From Paraspadella gotoi (Eukaryota; Animalia; Chaetognatha): DNA of 64,000 nucleotides. The stretch is taken from the NCBI GenBank assembly GCA_051294375.1, contig CM119268.1, positions 7,979,468 through 8,043,467 on the forward strand. The letters are read 5' to 3'. How positions within the stretch are numbered: the first letter of the stretch is position 1; each line of letters starts with the position of its first letter. Positions 14,126-27,190 of this stretch are shown here, piece by piece. Under the pieces are notes generated by a model. The model was not told the DNA's origin. It did not search any database and worked only from the letters and a program-made list of their open reading frames with translations. The position numbers and the translations under genes are program-made.

Positions 14126-14774
14126 TATATAATCGTCTTTTATTCCTTCATTTTCAGCAAATCATCGTCACTCGCGCCGTTGATGGCCTTCGCCGTCTCT
14201 GTCCCCCTTTTTTTTCTTTTCTTCTTTAAATTATTGCTTTTTCTCTCCTTCTCTTTTTATTTTCTTTGTCGACTCCATTTCGTTTTACCATCTAAATTTT
14301 CTTTGCTCCCTTTTGTTCTCTCATTCTCCTTTACAACTTGTCTCATTCTTTTTTTTATTCTTTTTTTTTTTAAGATTTCTTTTGCTCTTCAGTCCAACTG
14401 CGGTTCTTTTCTTTCTTTCCTTTTTTTTCGAGCACTCGCTGAACAACTCGAGAAGTAAATTTTCGGTCGGTCTATCTTTCTCGTTTTTACCATAACATTT
14501 TCATTCGGGTTTCGCTATAACTTATTTTGTATCTTGAACTTAGTTCATTTAAAAAATTTAAAACATCGGCTCATTTTTTCTTTATCTTACGCTCTTAGTC
14601 ATACTTATCATGTTCTTAATCTTAAAAAACGTATTAGTAATACAGACAAAGATTGACGAGTATTACAATAGGATCTTTTGTTATTGAAAGTCGTCAAAAC
14701 TTTTCAGACTTTCATTTACCCGTTCATTAATTCATTCGCCCTTGTACAATCATTCTTTCATTCATTCATTCATT

Positions 14775-15015
14775 ACGTCGAACGCCTCGCCGGCGGCCGT
14801 CACCCTATACGCCCTCGACCCCGGCGGGCGGCCCACAGACATATCGACGTCGCCGACACTCAGAACGTCTATTCGTCAGACGCTTACCGGGGCGAGTTAC
14901 GCCAATCGCGTGTGACGCGGCCAACCAACCGACGACGGTTGCTTTTCGAGGCGCTTCATTCTCTATCGTGGTTCTTTTCTTTTCGCGCTCATCTTTACTC
15001 GTTGGGCGTTCGTAG
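14775..15015 (+). other. Noisy inverted copy of the GPCR N-terminal/TM1 exon, including the exon end and donor missing from the minus-strand copy
   Basis: It matches the reverse complement of 15317-15480 with many indels, then continues ttcgcgctcatctttactcgttgggcgttcgtag|GTGAGG. Allowing for indels this reads about FALIFLVGVV-G, with a phase-1 donor at 15016 that fits the phase-1 acceptor at 3988. Confidence 0.7.
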
Positions 15016-15064
15016 GTGAGGAAATGGAATTTGAATGAATGGAATGAGATGAGATGAGCATGAC

Positions 15065-15075
15065 TAATGAATGAA

Positions 15076-15106
<31 letters not shown>

Positions 15107-15291
15107 GATAAATAAATAAAAATAAATGAAATAGACATTAAATAAATAAATAAATAAGATAAATAAATATAAATAAATAGAATAAAGTAAATAAATAAAT
15201 AAATAAAGCTAAATAAATAAGTATAAATAAATAAATAAGGATAATAAATAAATAAATGAAATTTAAATGAAAGTAAATATAATAAGATAAC
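15065..15291. repeat. (AAAT)n degenerate microsatellite
   Basis: Read directly from the sequence. Confidence 0.9.
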
Positions 15292-15316
15292 NNNNNNNNN
15301 NNNNNNNNNNNNNNNN

Positions 15317-15536
15317 GAGAAAAGGAACCACGATAGAGATGAGCGCCTCGAAAAGAACCTCGTCGTTGTTGGCGCCGGTAGCGTTGGCGTACTCGCCGGT
15401 AGCGTTGACAAAGACGTCGTCGACGCCGCCGCCGGGGTCGAGGGCGTCTAGGGTGACGGCGCCGGCGGAGGCGTCGACGTCGCGGAGACGTCGCGACGAC
15501 GGGGAAGCGTAGATCCAATTCTCGAGGGGAGATCGT
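15317..15536 (-). CDS. Upstream exon of the same GPCR: extracellular N-terminus and first half of TM1 (3' end lost in the 25-N gap)
   Basis: A frame not in the ORF track reads ...DVDASAGAVTLDALDPGGGVDDVFVNATGEYANATGANNDEVLFEALISIVVPFL, with two N-A-T glycosylation sequons followed by the IVVP-F TM1 motif of AstA/galanin receptors. A pyrimidine tract + GCAG acceptor lies at 15537-15540. There is no in-frame ATG, so the start is unresolved. Confidence 0.75.
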
Positions 15537-15555
15537 CTGCGCGAAGGAAAGGAGA

Positions 15556-15686
15556 GAAGGGAGGAAGGGAATGAAGAAAAGGAAAGAAGGGAGGAAGGGA
15601 ATGAAGAAAAGGAAAGAAGGGAGGAAGGGAATGAAGAAAAGGAAAGAACGGAGGAAGGGAATGAAGAAAAGGAAAGAAGGGAGGAA
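15556..15686. repeat. 30-bp purine-rich tandem repeat (GAGGAAGGGAATGAAGAAAAGGAAAGAAGG, about 4 copies); forms the pyrimidine tract of the GPCR exon acceptor on the minus strand
   Basis: Near-identical 30-bp units visible in consecutive lines. Confidence 0.9.
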
Positions 15687-17689
15687 CGTAAGAAGGAGGA
15701 GGAAAAAGGAGAGAAGGAATGGAGGAAATTAGTAAGGAAAGAATAAAAAAGGAGGAAGAAAATAAAGTAGGGAAGAAAAGGAATGAAAGGAGGGAAGAAA
15801 GGGGATGAAGGAGGATAGATAGAAGGGGAGAAAAGCAGGAAGGGAGAATGGAAATCGTGAAGGGAGAAGAAAAGATGGAAAGGAAAAAAAAGAAAGTTTT
15901 AGACGAATCAAAATTGAAGGAATACATAATATTTTTTCGTTTGAGGCAGATCATTAAAAATTTTCGGTTAAAAAGTAGGTGTGAGAAAGTCGGAAGCGCC
16001 AAAAATTAACTGAGACGGAAAAATGAATTTTTTTTAAAAGCGCTCACACTTCCTAATTTGTTATCGTTTACTTCATTCCAAGCAGTAAAATGCTGCAAAA
16101 GCACTGAAACTTCTGAATTGCATGTATTTGTTCATTTGTTTAAATGTCTGTCGCTTTAAAATGAGCCGTGGGTTCATTTTTTATAAAATCCTGCCAAACT
16201 AAACCCTTTTTAACTTTTAACAACTCTACTAAGTACAATGGTTTTCATTCAATCTTAATTAAAGCTTTTGTCTCGTTTTCTTCCTTCTTCTTTTTTTTTA
16301 ATGCTCTTTTCGCTCAGCCCGAAAAAAAAANNNNNNNNNNNNNNNNNNNNNNNNNNNNNNNNNNNNNNNNNNNNNNNNNNNNNNNNNNNNNNNNNNNNNN
16401 NNNNNNNNNNNNNNNNNNNNNNNNNNNNNNNNNNNNNNNNNNNNNNNNNNNNNNNNNNNNNNNNNNNNNNNNNNNNNNNNNNNNNNNNNNNNNNNNNNNN
16501 NNNNNNNNNNNNNNNNNNNNNNNNNNNNNNNNNNNNNNNNNNNNNNNNNNNNNNNNNNNNNNNNNNNNNNNNNNNNNNNNNNNNNNNNNNNNNAAAATAA
16601 AATAAATAGAAAAAGAAAATTATTATCTTCTGATAATAATTAATGCGTAATGATCTAATCCATTACTGAAAACTTTTAATGAGGCTGAGCAAAGAAATCG
16701 CTTTTTCTATAACATATGTAATTATGTATGTATGTTGAGAAATATCTTGAAGCTTAATTAAGGGCGTAGGAGAGGGAAAGAACGTCATTTCCGTCAGTTT
16801 CTTGTCCATAACTAAATTATCATAGATATCAGTCTCTCTTGACATTCGCGTTCATTCCTCATTCAAAAATATCGACGTTGAAATACAGATTTACAGTTTC
16901 CATGAATTTAATACAAACAAACAATAATAAAAACGTAATCGCCACTCCGTAAGGTAGCTTGAGTCAGAACAGGACCAGTTTGCGCTGATTTTTTTGAGTA
17001 CGAAATTCCCGAGAAAGGCCACTTTAAACCACATGACGCCGACGTGACCCNNNNNNNNNNNNNNNNNNNNNNNNNAAGAGGGAGAGAGGAGCGATTACAG
17101 AACTAGTTAGATGCAAAGGCGTACGAGTATAGAGTTCGTTCGTTTCGAAGGTGGACAGCAGGAGAAAAATTTCATAGGCAGGCAATAGAAGCACGAGAAT
17201 TCAGACAAAACCGTATACGTTTCCGACAATTTTTTTTCGAGCGACGTTACGCGCGTGAGCAGTACAGCCGGAGCACTAGAAGAAAACGTATACTCAGTGG
17301 AAGTCCAGAAGAGTCAAGTGTGGATCACAGAAAGATGGAAAAATTTCATATACACAGGCCACGAGACTGCGTCGAACTCGTGACCAAAAATACCGAGGAA
17401 AAAGAAAGGCGAAAGGACCATGCGAAAGCAAAGATGCCGGACGCAGAATGCAGTCGCTTGTTGACTGAGAGACGAAAGCCGATCTTCATAACACGCGGCT
17501 CTTGATGCAATCAGTTGATTACAGCCTATGTATCGGCGCAATAATCGTCAATTATTTTTCCGCTAACGATGAGATACCGAAAAGTCGAAAAAAATATAAT
17601 ATTATAAAACAGCGCCGTCTGTATAATAAATTTACCGGTGCTTCAATGAAACTACTACTACACCCTGTACGCACAGACTGCTAAACAGT

Positions 17690-20600
17690 TTTGCTAGCGC
17701 ACTATGAAAAGCCATAAAGTAAAGGTGGACAGGCAGGAGTCGGGACCGTACCCACTGTAACCTTACACTATGAAGCTGTCGAGTGGACAACAGCAGAAAT
17801 TTTCGACCAACTCACGCTACCGCCACCGTAACCACTACACTATGAAGCCAAATGTCACACGCCTGAGAACGCAGACACCAAAATTTCATAGCAGCCGTCG
17901 CTACCCCCCAAAAAAACACACCTGTAACCATAAAACAGCTATGAACGACCATAGTAAGGTGGAACAGCACGAAAATTTACATACAGCCTCGTACCTCACA
18001 CACCTGTAAGCACTACAGCTATGAAAGCCATAGTAAGGTGGAGCAGCAGAAATTTCATAAAAACAGCCCCTCGTACCGCGCGGCCACCTGTAACCACTGA
18101 CACTATGAACATAGGTAAGAGTGGACAGCAGAATTTATAAACAGCTCGCTACCGGTCACCTGTAACCACTTAAGGCTTATGAGCCATAGTAAAAGAGTGG
18201 ACAGCAGAAAATATTCATACAGCCTCGCTACCACCACCTGTACGCACTACACTTGAAGCTCAAATAGTAAGGTGGACAGCCGAAAATTTCATACAGCCTC
18301 GCTACCCACCTGTAACCACTACACTATGAAGGCCATAGTAAGCGTGGACAGTCAGAAAATTTCATAAGCCGTTTCGCTACCCACCTGTAACCACTAGCAC
18401 TGAATGAAGCGCATAGTAAGGTGGACAGCAGAAACATTTCATACAAGCCTCGCTAACGGCACTCTTGTAACGCACTAAACACTATGAAGCCTAGTAAGGG
18501 TGGACAGCAGAAAATTTCCATACAGCCTTCGCTAACCCCGCTGTAAGCGCAGCATACAGACTGATGAAGCCATAGTAAGGTGGACAGGGCAGAAAAATTG
18601 TATACAGGGCCTCGCTACGCCACCTGTAACACTACACTATGAAGCCATATGTAAGGTGGACAAGCAGAAATTTCAATACAGCCTCGGCTACGCCACGCTG
18701 TTAACCACTACACTAATGAAGCATAGTAAGGTGGAAGGCAGAGAAATTTCACATACAGCCTGCGCTTACCCACCTGTACCATACAACTAGAAGGCCATAA
18801 GTAAGGGTGGACAGGCAGAAATTTCATACAGCCTCGCTACCGGCACCACCTGTAACCACTACACTATGAAGCCATAAGTAAGGTGGACAGCAGAAAATTT
18901 TCATAACAGCCTCGGCTACTCACGCTGTAACCCACTAACCTATGAAGCCATAGTAAGCGTGGACAGCAGAAAATTTTCATACAGCCTTGCTACGCCCCTG
19001 GTAACTGCACTACACTATGAAGCCATAGTAAGGTGGACAGCAGAAAATTTCAATACAGCCTCGCTAACCCACTGTAACGACTACATACTATGAAGGCCAT
19101 AGGATAAAGGTGGACGCAGAAAATTTTCATAAGTGCAGCCCTCGCTACGCCCTGGTAACACTACACTATGAAGCCATAGTAAAGGGTGACAGCAGAAAAT
19201 TTCATACAGGCCTCGTACTCGCACCTGTTTAACCACTAACTATGAAAGCCATAGTAAGGTGGACAGCAGAAATTTCATACAGCCCTCGCTACCCCCAACC
19301 TGTAACCACTACACTATGAAGCCATAGTAAGGTTGGGACAGCAGAATTTCAATTACAGGCCTCGCTACCCACCTGTAACCAACTACACTAATGGAAGGCC
19401 ATAGTAAGCGTGGGACAGCAGAAAATTTCATACAGCCTCCGCTACGCACCTGTAACCACTAACTATGAGCCGCATAGTAAGGTGGACAGGAAAGAAAATT
19501 TCAATACAGCCTCGCTACACACCTGTAAACACTAACACTATGAACGCATTAGTAAGGTGGACAGCAGAAAATTTCAGTACAGCGCTCGGTACCCACCTGT
19601 AAACCACTAGCACTATGAAGCATGTAAGGTGGACAGCAAGAATTTCATACATGCCTGCGCTACCCCTGTAACCACTACACTATGAAGGCCATAGTAAGGG
19701 TGGGACAGCAGAAAATTTTCATACAGCCTCGCTACCCCACCTGTAAGCCATACACTAATGAAGCCAATAGTAAGGTGGATCAGGCAGAAAATTTCATCAG
19801 CCTCGCTACCGCACCTGTTAACCCTAGCACTATGAAGCCATAGTGAAGGTGGACAGCAGAAAAATTCCAAACAGCCTCGGGGCTCCACTGTAACCAACTA
19901 TCTATGAAGCCATAGTAAGGTGGACAGCAGAAAATTTCATAGCAGGCCTCGCTACCCACCTGTAACCATAGACACTATGAAGCCATAGTAAGGTGGACAG
20001 CAGAAATTTTCATACAGGCTCGCTACCGCCGCACGCTCGTAACCACTAACACTATGAGGCGCATAGTAAGGTGGACAGCAAGAAATTCTCATACAGCTCG
20101 CTACCGCACCTGTAACCACTACACTAATGAAAGCCATAGTAAGGTGGAGCTAGCAGAAAATTTCATAACAGCCTGCTACGCACCTGTAACACTACACTAT
20201 GGAAGCCATAGGGCTAAGGTGACAGCATGAATTTCAATACAGCCTCCGCTACCGGCACCTGTAACGCACTACCTATGAAGCCAATAGTAAGGTGGAAGGC
20301 AAGAAATTTTCATACAGCTCCGCTACCCACTCTGTAACCACTAACACTATGAAGGCCATAGTAGGTGGACAGCCAGAAAAATTTCAATACAGCTCGTACG
20401 CACCTGTAACGCACTACCACTATGAGCCCATAGTAAGGTGGACAGCAGAAAAATTTCATACAGCTCGCTAGTACCCACCTGTAACGACTACACTATGAAG
20501 CCTAGTAAAGGTGGACAGGCAGAAAATTTTTCATACAGCTCGTACCACCTGTAACCACTAACACTATGAAGCCATAGTAGGTGGAGCAGGCAGAAAATTC

Positions 20601-21682
20601 ATACAGCCCGCTAACCACCTGTAACGGCACTACAGCTTGAAGCCATAGTAAGGTGGACAGCAGAAAATATTCATTAGCAGTGGCTGGCTAGCCCACCTGT
20701 ACACTAGCAACTATGAAGCCATAGTAAGGTGCAAGCAGAAATTTCATTACATGCCGCGCTACCACGCTGTAACCACTTACACTATGAAGCCATAGTTAAG
20801 GTGGGACAGCAGAAATTTCATAGCAGGGCCTCGCTACCGCACCTGTAAGCGCACTACAAACTATGAAGCCCATAGTAAGGTGGACAGGGGCAGAAAATTG
20901 TCATACAGCCTCCGCTACCCCCCTGTACCACTCAACTATGAAGCCATATGTAGGCTGGACAGCAGAAATTTCATAGCAGGCCTCGCTACCACCTGTAACC
21001 ACTACACTATGAAGCATCAGTAAGCGTGGACAGCAGAAAATTTATACAGCGCTCGCTACCACACCTTACACTACACTATGAAGGCCATAGCTAAGGTGGA
21101 CAGCAGAAAATTTTCATACAGCCTCGCTACGCGCACCTGTAACCACTACAACTATGAGCCATAGTAGGTGGACAGCAGCAAATTTCTACAGCCTGCTAAC
21201 CCTGTAACCACTACACTATGAAGACCATAGTAACGGTGGACAGAAGGCAGAAATTTCATACAGCTCGCTACCACCTCGTTAACAACTAACACTATGAAGG
21301 CCATAGTAAGGTGGATCAGCAGAAAATTTCATACAGCCTCGTACCCCCTGTAACCACTACACTATGAGCCATATAAGTGGACAGCTAGAAAATTTCATAC
21401 AGCTCGGCTAGCCGCCTGTAACCACTAACACTATGAGCCATAGTAAGGTGGACAGGCAAGAAAATTTATAGCAGCTCGTACCACCTGTAACACTACAACT
21501 ATGAAGGCCATATAAGGGTTGGACAGCAGAAATTTCATACAGCCTGCGCTACCCCACTGCTGTACCACTACACTCATGAAGCCATAGTCAGGTGGAGCAG
21601 CAGAAATTTCATACAGCGCTTGCTGCTAACCAGCTGTAACCACTACACTATGAAAGGCCATTAGTAAAGGTGGACTAGCAAG
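17690..21682. repeat. ~70-bp satellite array, consensus GGACAGCAGAAAATTTCATACAGCCTCGCTACCCACCTGTAACCACTACACTATGAAGCCATAGTAAGGT, roughly 55 copies; a more degraded continuation at 17076-17690
   Basis: Head-to-tail units without unique spacers. Variation between copies is scattered single-base indels that increase toward the 25-N gap at 17051-17075. Confidence 0.95.
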
Positions 21683-22891
21683 AATTCCGGGCTATTTCTA
21701 TGCATTAAGGCCACCAACGCACCCCGGCTCGCAAATAATTTGTTTTGATTTTTATCTATTAGCAAAAAGCTTTTAATCCTTGGAACTTGTTTGATTGAAA
21801 GTAATTGTTCAGTATAACAATTCATTTTGCTTTGAAGTTATTTCAATTCTATTATGGTTTTAATGGTTAGAATGATATCTAATTAATATTTCATGCTCTT
21901 ACATATGTTAAAATTTTTTTGTATTATTTCATTTCCTTAAAAAATATAATACTACAGATAATGCAAATTAGAGTTATAAATACTCCAAAGGTTTTTAAAA
22001 ATGCAAAATACAGTCAAGAAAAAATTCTTATTTACAAACGTTAAAATTATTAAGAAAAAGGATAATTACGAAGAAAAAATCTAGACATGAGAACTGAGAT
22101 AAGGCAGGGATTTTTTTAATATTAAACGGTTTAAACTAAAAAGTATATGCTAATTTTCTCTCGATTCGTTGGTTGTTGGTAAGTTTTAGTTACAACGTTT
22201 TTATTATTTAAAAAACAACGGTTAAAATTTTAACAAAAATAACGGATATGTTCGTCTCTGATGAGAAAGCCCTTCTTCAGCGCGAAAAATATTGTTTTCT
22301 ATAAATAGTTTTTCACAGAATTTGAAGAGAAGAGAGACAGAGGAGAGAGAAAGAGAGAGAGGGACAGAGAATAAAAGTTTTTTCAACAAAAGAATTTATT
22401 TCCAGCTAAAATCTTTACTTATCTATCCTCTGAATAAACTCTTATGATTATCGAAATTTCATGTCATTTTCAATTTTCAATTTCAAATGAATTATTGGCA
22501 ATTGAAGAGAGCAGTAATTATTTGATAAGTGGTTAATAGACAAGACGCGTTTCAATATTATAGCATGTCCCTAGAGTCTACGGACATCTAGCGCTGTACA
22601 CCCAATGTGTAATTCCCTGGCCGGGCGAAGTATATAGCGAGCCTGCCTCTCATAACATGCCCAAAGGATTCCGGAGTTCTAGGGCGCACAGGGTAGAAGA
22701 TACCCGGACCTTGGGTTGGGAGGGCGAATGACTTTGCATACGGCACCAATGGCCGCTGATGAACGGTTGGAGGTTTTTAGTCACTATACAATTTTGTTAT
22801 TAGGACTTACACATGAAGTTTGTTTAATTTTATCAACTTGTTGTAGCATTGCTCAAATTAACATTGTTTATCTTCTCTCATCTCTCTCTCT

Positions 22892-22922
<31 letters not shown>

Positions 22923-23779
22923 ACCTTCAGCCAAATTTCATTGCTTTCACCACTTATTCTATCTAGCCTCAACTAAATCTGTTACCTCTAAACTGACGCA
23001 CTAATCTCTCTCAAAAATTCTTGTTGGAACTTTAACTTTTCTATCTCTCTCTCTTCTTTCTCTCTCTCTCTCTGCTCTCTCTCTGTACGATCTTTGCGTG
23101 ATCGTTTTTAAAAAAATTTTGATATTTTTTTCCTTTAAAAAACTTTTATTATCGCCATTTATTTCCGCGATTTTTTCTCAATGCAAAATCCCAAATTTAC
23201 ATCCGAGAATTTTCGTGGATTTATTCCACTTCTTTCTCTCTCTTTCAATCTCTCTCTCTCTCCTCTTTCTCTCTCTCTTTCACTCATTACACGCATTTGC
23301 TTGTTTTATTTATGATGATTGATTCATTGAGTCAATGATGACTATCACTATCATAAATGAATTGTCATCACATCAATGAATGACTATGCATTGCATCAAC
23401 CTTTTGGTTATTATCACATCAAATCATTTGTAATCATAATCGATTCATCTTGGTTTATCATCGCATCAATTATTCGGTTTTATCATGGCATCATATTCGG
23501 TTATCACTCGCATCAATCCTTTGGTTTCATGGCACCAAATATTTTGGATAATCATTGAAGGGAGGCTCCGATCCTATTCTTTTAAAGATTTTTTTTTCGT
23601 CTCGCTTCTCTCTCTCTCTCTCTTTCTCTCTCTTTTCTCTCTTTCTTTTCTTATATTATTCAATGAGTTTTACTCGGCAAGAGGCTTAAAGTTACGATGC
23701 TTCTCTCTCTCTGCTCTGCTCTCTCTCTCTCTCTCTCTTCTTTTTTTTTTTTTTCTCCTCTCTCGCTCTCTTCTTTCCT

Positions 23780-23819
<40 letters not shown>

Positions 23820-26419
23820 CATGATTTAGTCAAAAACGAGCATACGGCTGACTAGTTACGCATCTCTTATTCTCCTCTCTTCTATCTCTCTCTCTCTTGT
23901 CTTTATTCTCTCTCTCTTGTTTCTCTCTATCTTGCTTTCGTCGCCTTCCGCAACTTCTTAGTTAATTTATATAGAAAATAAATTTCGGATTTTACATAAA
24001 CTAGTCTACTTGCAACGCTCAGATTTCTTTCTTAAAAGGAAAAACCGCAAAAAAACCGGCAACAGGGGTTATGTCTCAGAGCACACCCAGCTATTGAATG
24101 CTTTGTGAGTTAAATTTCGATGATCCATAAATTCTTAACAAAAGTTAAAAGCTGAACTTAAGGCAAAATTCTGGAGGCTGCCTTTCATCTCCTAAAATCA
24201 CTTTCGCCAACTTAATGCCACTGTATTGCAACCTTTCAATTCTACAAATTAATAAAAAATAATATGTCAAGCAGAAACCTTAGGCGAAGAAAGCTGTTGA
24301 TTGATTATTAAAAATACTATAGTTTTTAAATAAACTTAGTTAATTTCTGGACGTGATATAATGGTGTGGTAACCAAACCCAGCCAATGCAAAAATTCATT
24401 TGCATCGGAAAGACTGCACTGAAATAATAATTGCCGTACTAAGACAAAAAAACGAATAACGTTTAATAGAAATGGGCAAGCGAGCTTTAAAAGACAAGAT
24501 GATTTGCCAAAAATGCAATAGAAATTGCTAAAGTGATGACATCGACTTTTCGCACGGTGTTTGGATACACTGTGCGTCCCCCCCCGCCTCAGAGTATTCT
24601 CCAACCCCCCCCCCTGCTGGATTCCGTCCTGATTATAAGTAGAAACAGTAGAAAAATCGAGTCTGTCGCCACCCGAAACAAAAACAAACAAAACTCTGCG
24701 CTCGAAGCGCCATCTACTTTCTGCGGAATAAAAAAAAAAGATCGTCTACTCCAGTTTAAGCCAAATGTCGTTAAGATGTTTTTTCCCGAACAACTTGGGA
24801 ATAATTTTACTCGCAAATGTTATTTTAAAACATGAAGTTTTTGTTGAGTTTTTTTAGAACGTTCTGTGTTTATATGACTCTCACAAAATACTCTAAAAAT
24901 AAACTAGAACGGGAACGAAAAACTCAAAAATATATATTCGGAAAAGTAAAAATATATTTTTTAGTTTTCCAATACATGCGTATATTTTCTTGGTTTATTT
25001 ATATATACATTATTCCTATATATTTATTTTTACCAGTTGTTCTACTTTTTTGTTTACGTTTTTTGTCCCACCCACGACAAATGCAGAGCCGTGCGTAGAT
25101 TTTACTCGTTTATTTACTCAAAACTCGGCGCATGTTTGCTCGTTTTTTCCGACCGCGAGATGGCGCGTACTAGATGTCGCGCGAGTAGATTTGATTAATT
25201 TCGAGATAAACGAGAGTAACGCTGAGGTAAGGTGGTGAAGATGATGACAATGGACAATTGAACATAGGCCATCGGACATTGAACATAAGACAAAACATTT
25301 AATGTTTTATTTAAGATGAAATATTGGGTTTTTATTTTCTGTTACATTTCTTTGTTTTAAAAGTATAATTACAATTGTTACGATATTTTTAGTTTTCCGT
25401 TAAAAAAAACCCCGGCAATCTTATTCCAAACGATCAGCTTGTTGATCTCAAGCATTGCTTGCCTCTGCTTTGGTTTTTTTTTAAACTCTCTTCCTCTTTC
25501 TGCTTGTTATTGTTTAAAATCGCACGATTCATTCAAACAGAATTTTTTGTTTTTTTTACATAATTGCGTTACTCTTCTTGTCTCAGCGTGTTCCGACAGA
25601 AAAATGTCAGCCTATTTATAAAGGACTGACATCGCAGCCTTAGCCTTTTAGCCGTTTTACTATTCGGAAATATTAGAATTCCGTGACCGGCATAAACAAT
25701 ATAAATATATATAATAAAATATAAATATTAACAATTATTCGTGACATAAAAGCCCCTGTAAATCNNNNNNNNNNNNNNNNNNNNNNNNNNNNNNNNNNNN
25801 NNNNNNNNNNNNNNNNNNNNNNNNNNNNNNNNNNNNNNNNNNNNNNNNNNNNNNNNNNNNNNNNNNNNNNNNNNNNNNNNNNNNNNNNNNNNNNNNNNNN
25901 NNNNNNNNNNNNNNNNNNNNNNNNNAAATATTTTCCTTCTTTGTCGAGTTCTATAATGTTTACTCCGATTAATTTTAATTAGTGGCAAAAAAACTTTTTT
26001 TTAATGTTTAATACCGAAACCTGTATGTGACTTTTTAGTAACAATTTTGTTGTGAAAATAAAAAAAAACTTTCGTCGTCATAAATTGTAATTTTCATTCA
26101 TAAATTGTATTTTTAATTCCCGGTTTTTCCTCCGGGGTAAAAAAAGGGGAATCATTTTATTTCATCTTTTTTTTCAATTTTGAAGTCGGCGCGTCGTATT
26201 TCGTCTCTCAAAACGGCGGCCGCGCAAGCGCAGGAGATTTCGTCGTTAATTAGCAATCAAAACTAATTAAATCCGTTCGCGCGAGCCGCATCGAACNNNN
26301 NNNNNNNNNNNNNNNNNNNNNNNNNNNNNNNNNNNNNNNNNNNNNNNNNNNNNNNNNNNNNNNNNNNNNNNNNNNNNNNNNNNNNTCGCAAATTGTAGAG
26401 AGAGAAGACGAGAAGAGTT

Positions 26420-26523
26420 TGAGGGAAAGGGAAACTTGGAAAGGGAAAGGGAAAGGGAAAGGGAAAGGGAAAGGGAAAGGGAAAGGGAAAAGGAAATGGA
26501 AAGGGAAAAGGAAAAGGAAAGGG
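26420..26523. repeat. (GGGAAA)n repeat
   Basis: Read directly from the sequence. Confidence 0.9.
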
Positions 26524-27060
26524 ATTGGACAAACTTTATTCCTATAATTTTGATATTTTTGTAAACAATTTTCGACGAAATAGAGAATTTGACGTCTTCA
26601 TTTAAGAATTCGGTGAAGGTATTCCTTACGATTTAATCTCGGCGTCCATTATTCCATGTCACCTCCGTCCAAACGTTCACCTTTTCCCACTTCTTCCATT
26701 CTCAGACCTTCGCGCCGCTTCCTTACTCAAGTTTAGGAAATTTTAGCAAAAATTGAGATGAAGTATAGTGATTCCTGATTTTGGTCCCGCAGTTTTTCTG
26801 ACTGCAATCCCCCTGAATGTCCCACGGATCCCCTCTAGAACTTTCGGCTTTCTGACAGCAAAAATAGTTATAAAAATGTTTGCATTCCCAACCCCTTCTC
26901 CGAACCTTTAGAGAAGGTAATGGTTGCCAAAGGTGAATGTTTATATTTGATTGTGATGTCGTTCCAATTTTTTTACAAATGTACCAATTATCATTTGATT
27001 TTTTTTATTTACCCGTCCAAACGATTTTTTTAAAGTTAGTCCCAAAAGAGCTGGATCTTC

Positions 27061-27102
27061 CTTCATTCATTCATTCATTCATTCATTCATTCATTCATTC
27101 AT

Positions 27103-27169
<67 letters not shown>

Positions 27170-27190
27170 TTTTTTTATTTATTTTTTTTT
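27061..27190. repeat. (TTCA)n followed by (TTTA)n microsatellite
   Basis: Read directly from the sequence. Confidence 0.9.

Noticed and set aside
17690-21682. CRISPR array or hammerhead-containing satellite
   Set aside because: Units are contiguous with no unique spacers, the context is eukaryotic and no cas genes are present. The consensus has CTATGA rather than the CTGANGA hammerhead core; the lone CTGATGA near 18561 is read noise.
22545-22566. Minus-strand hammerhead (GAAACGCGTC)
   Set aside because: Only the 3' half is present; the CTGANGA core and a good stem II are missing.
24570-24631. DNA transposon terminal inverted repeat (CTGGATTCCGTCCTG after C-runs)
   Set aside because: No matching opposite end or target-site duplication was found in the window.
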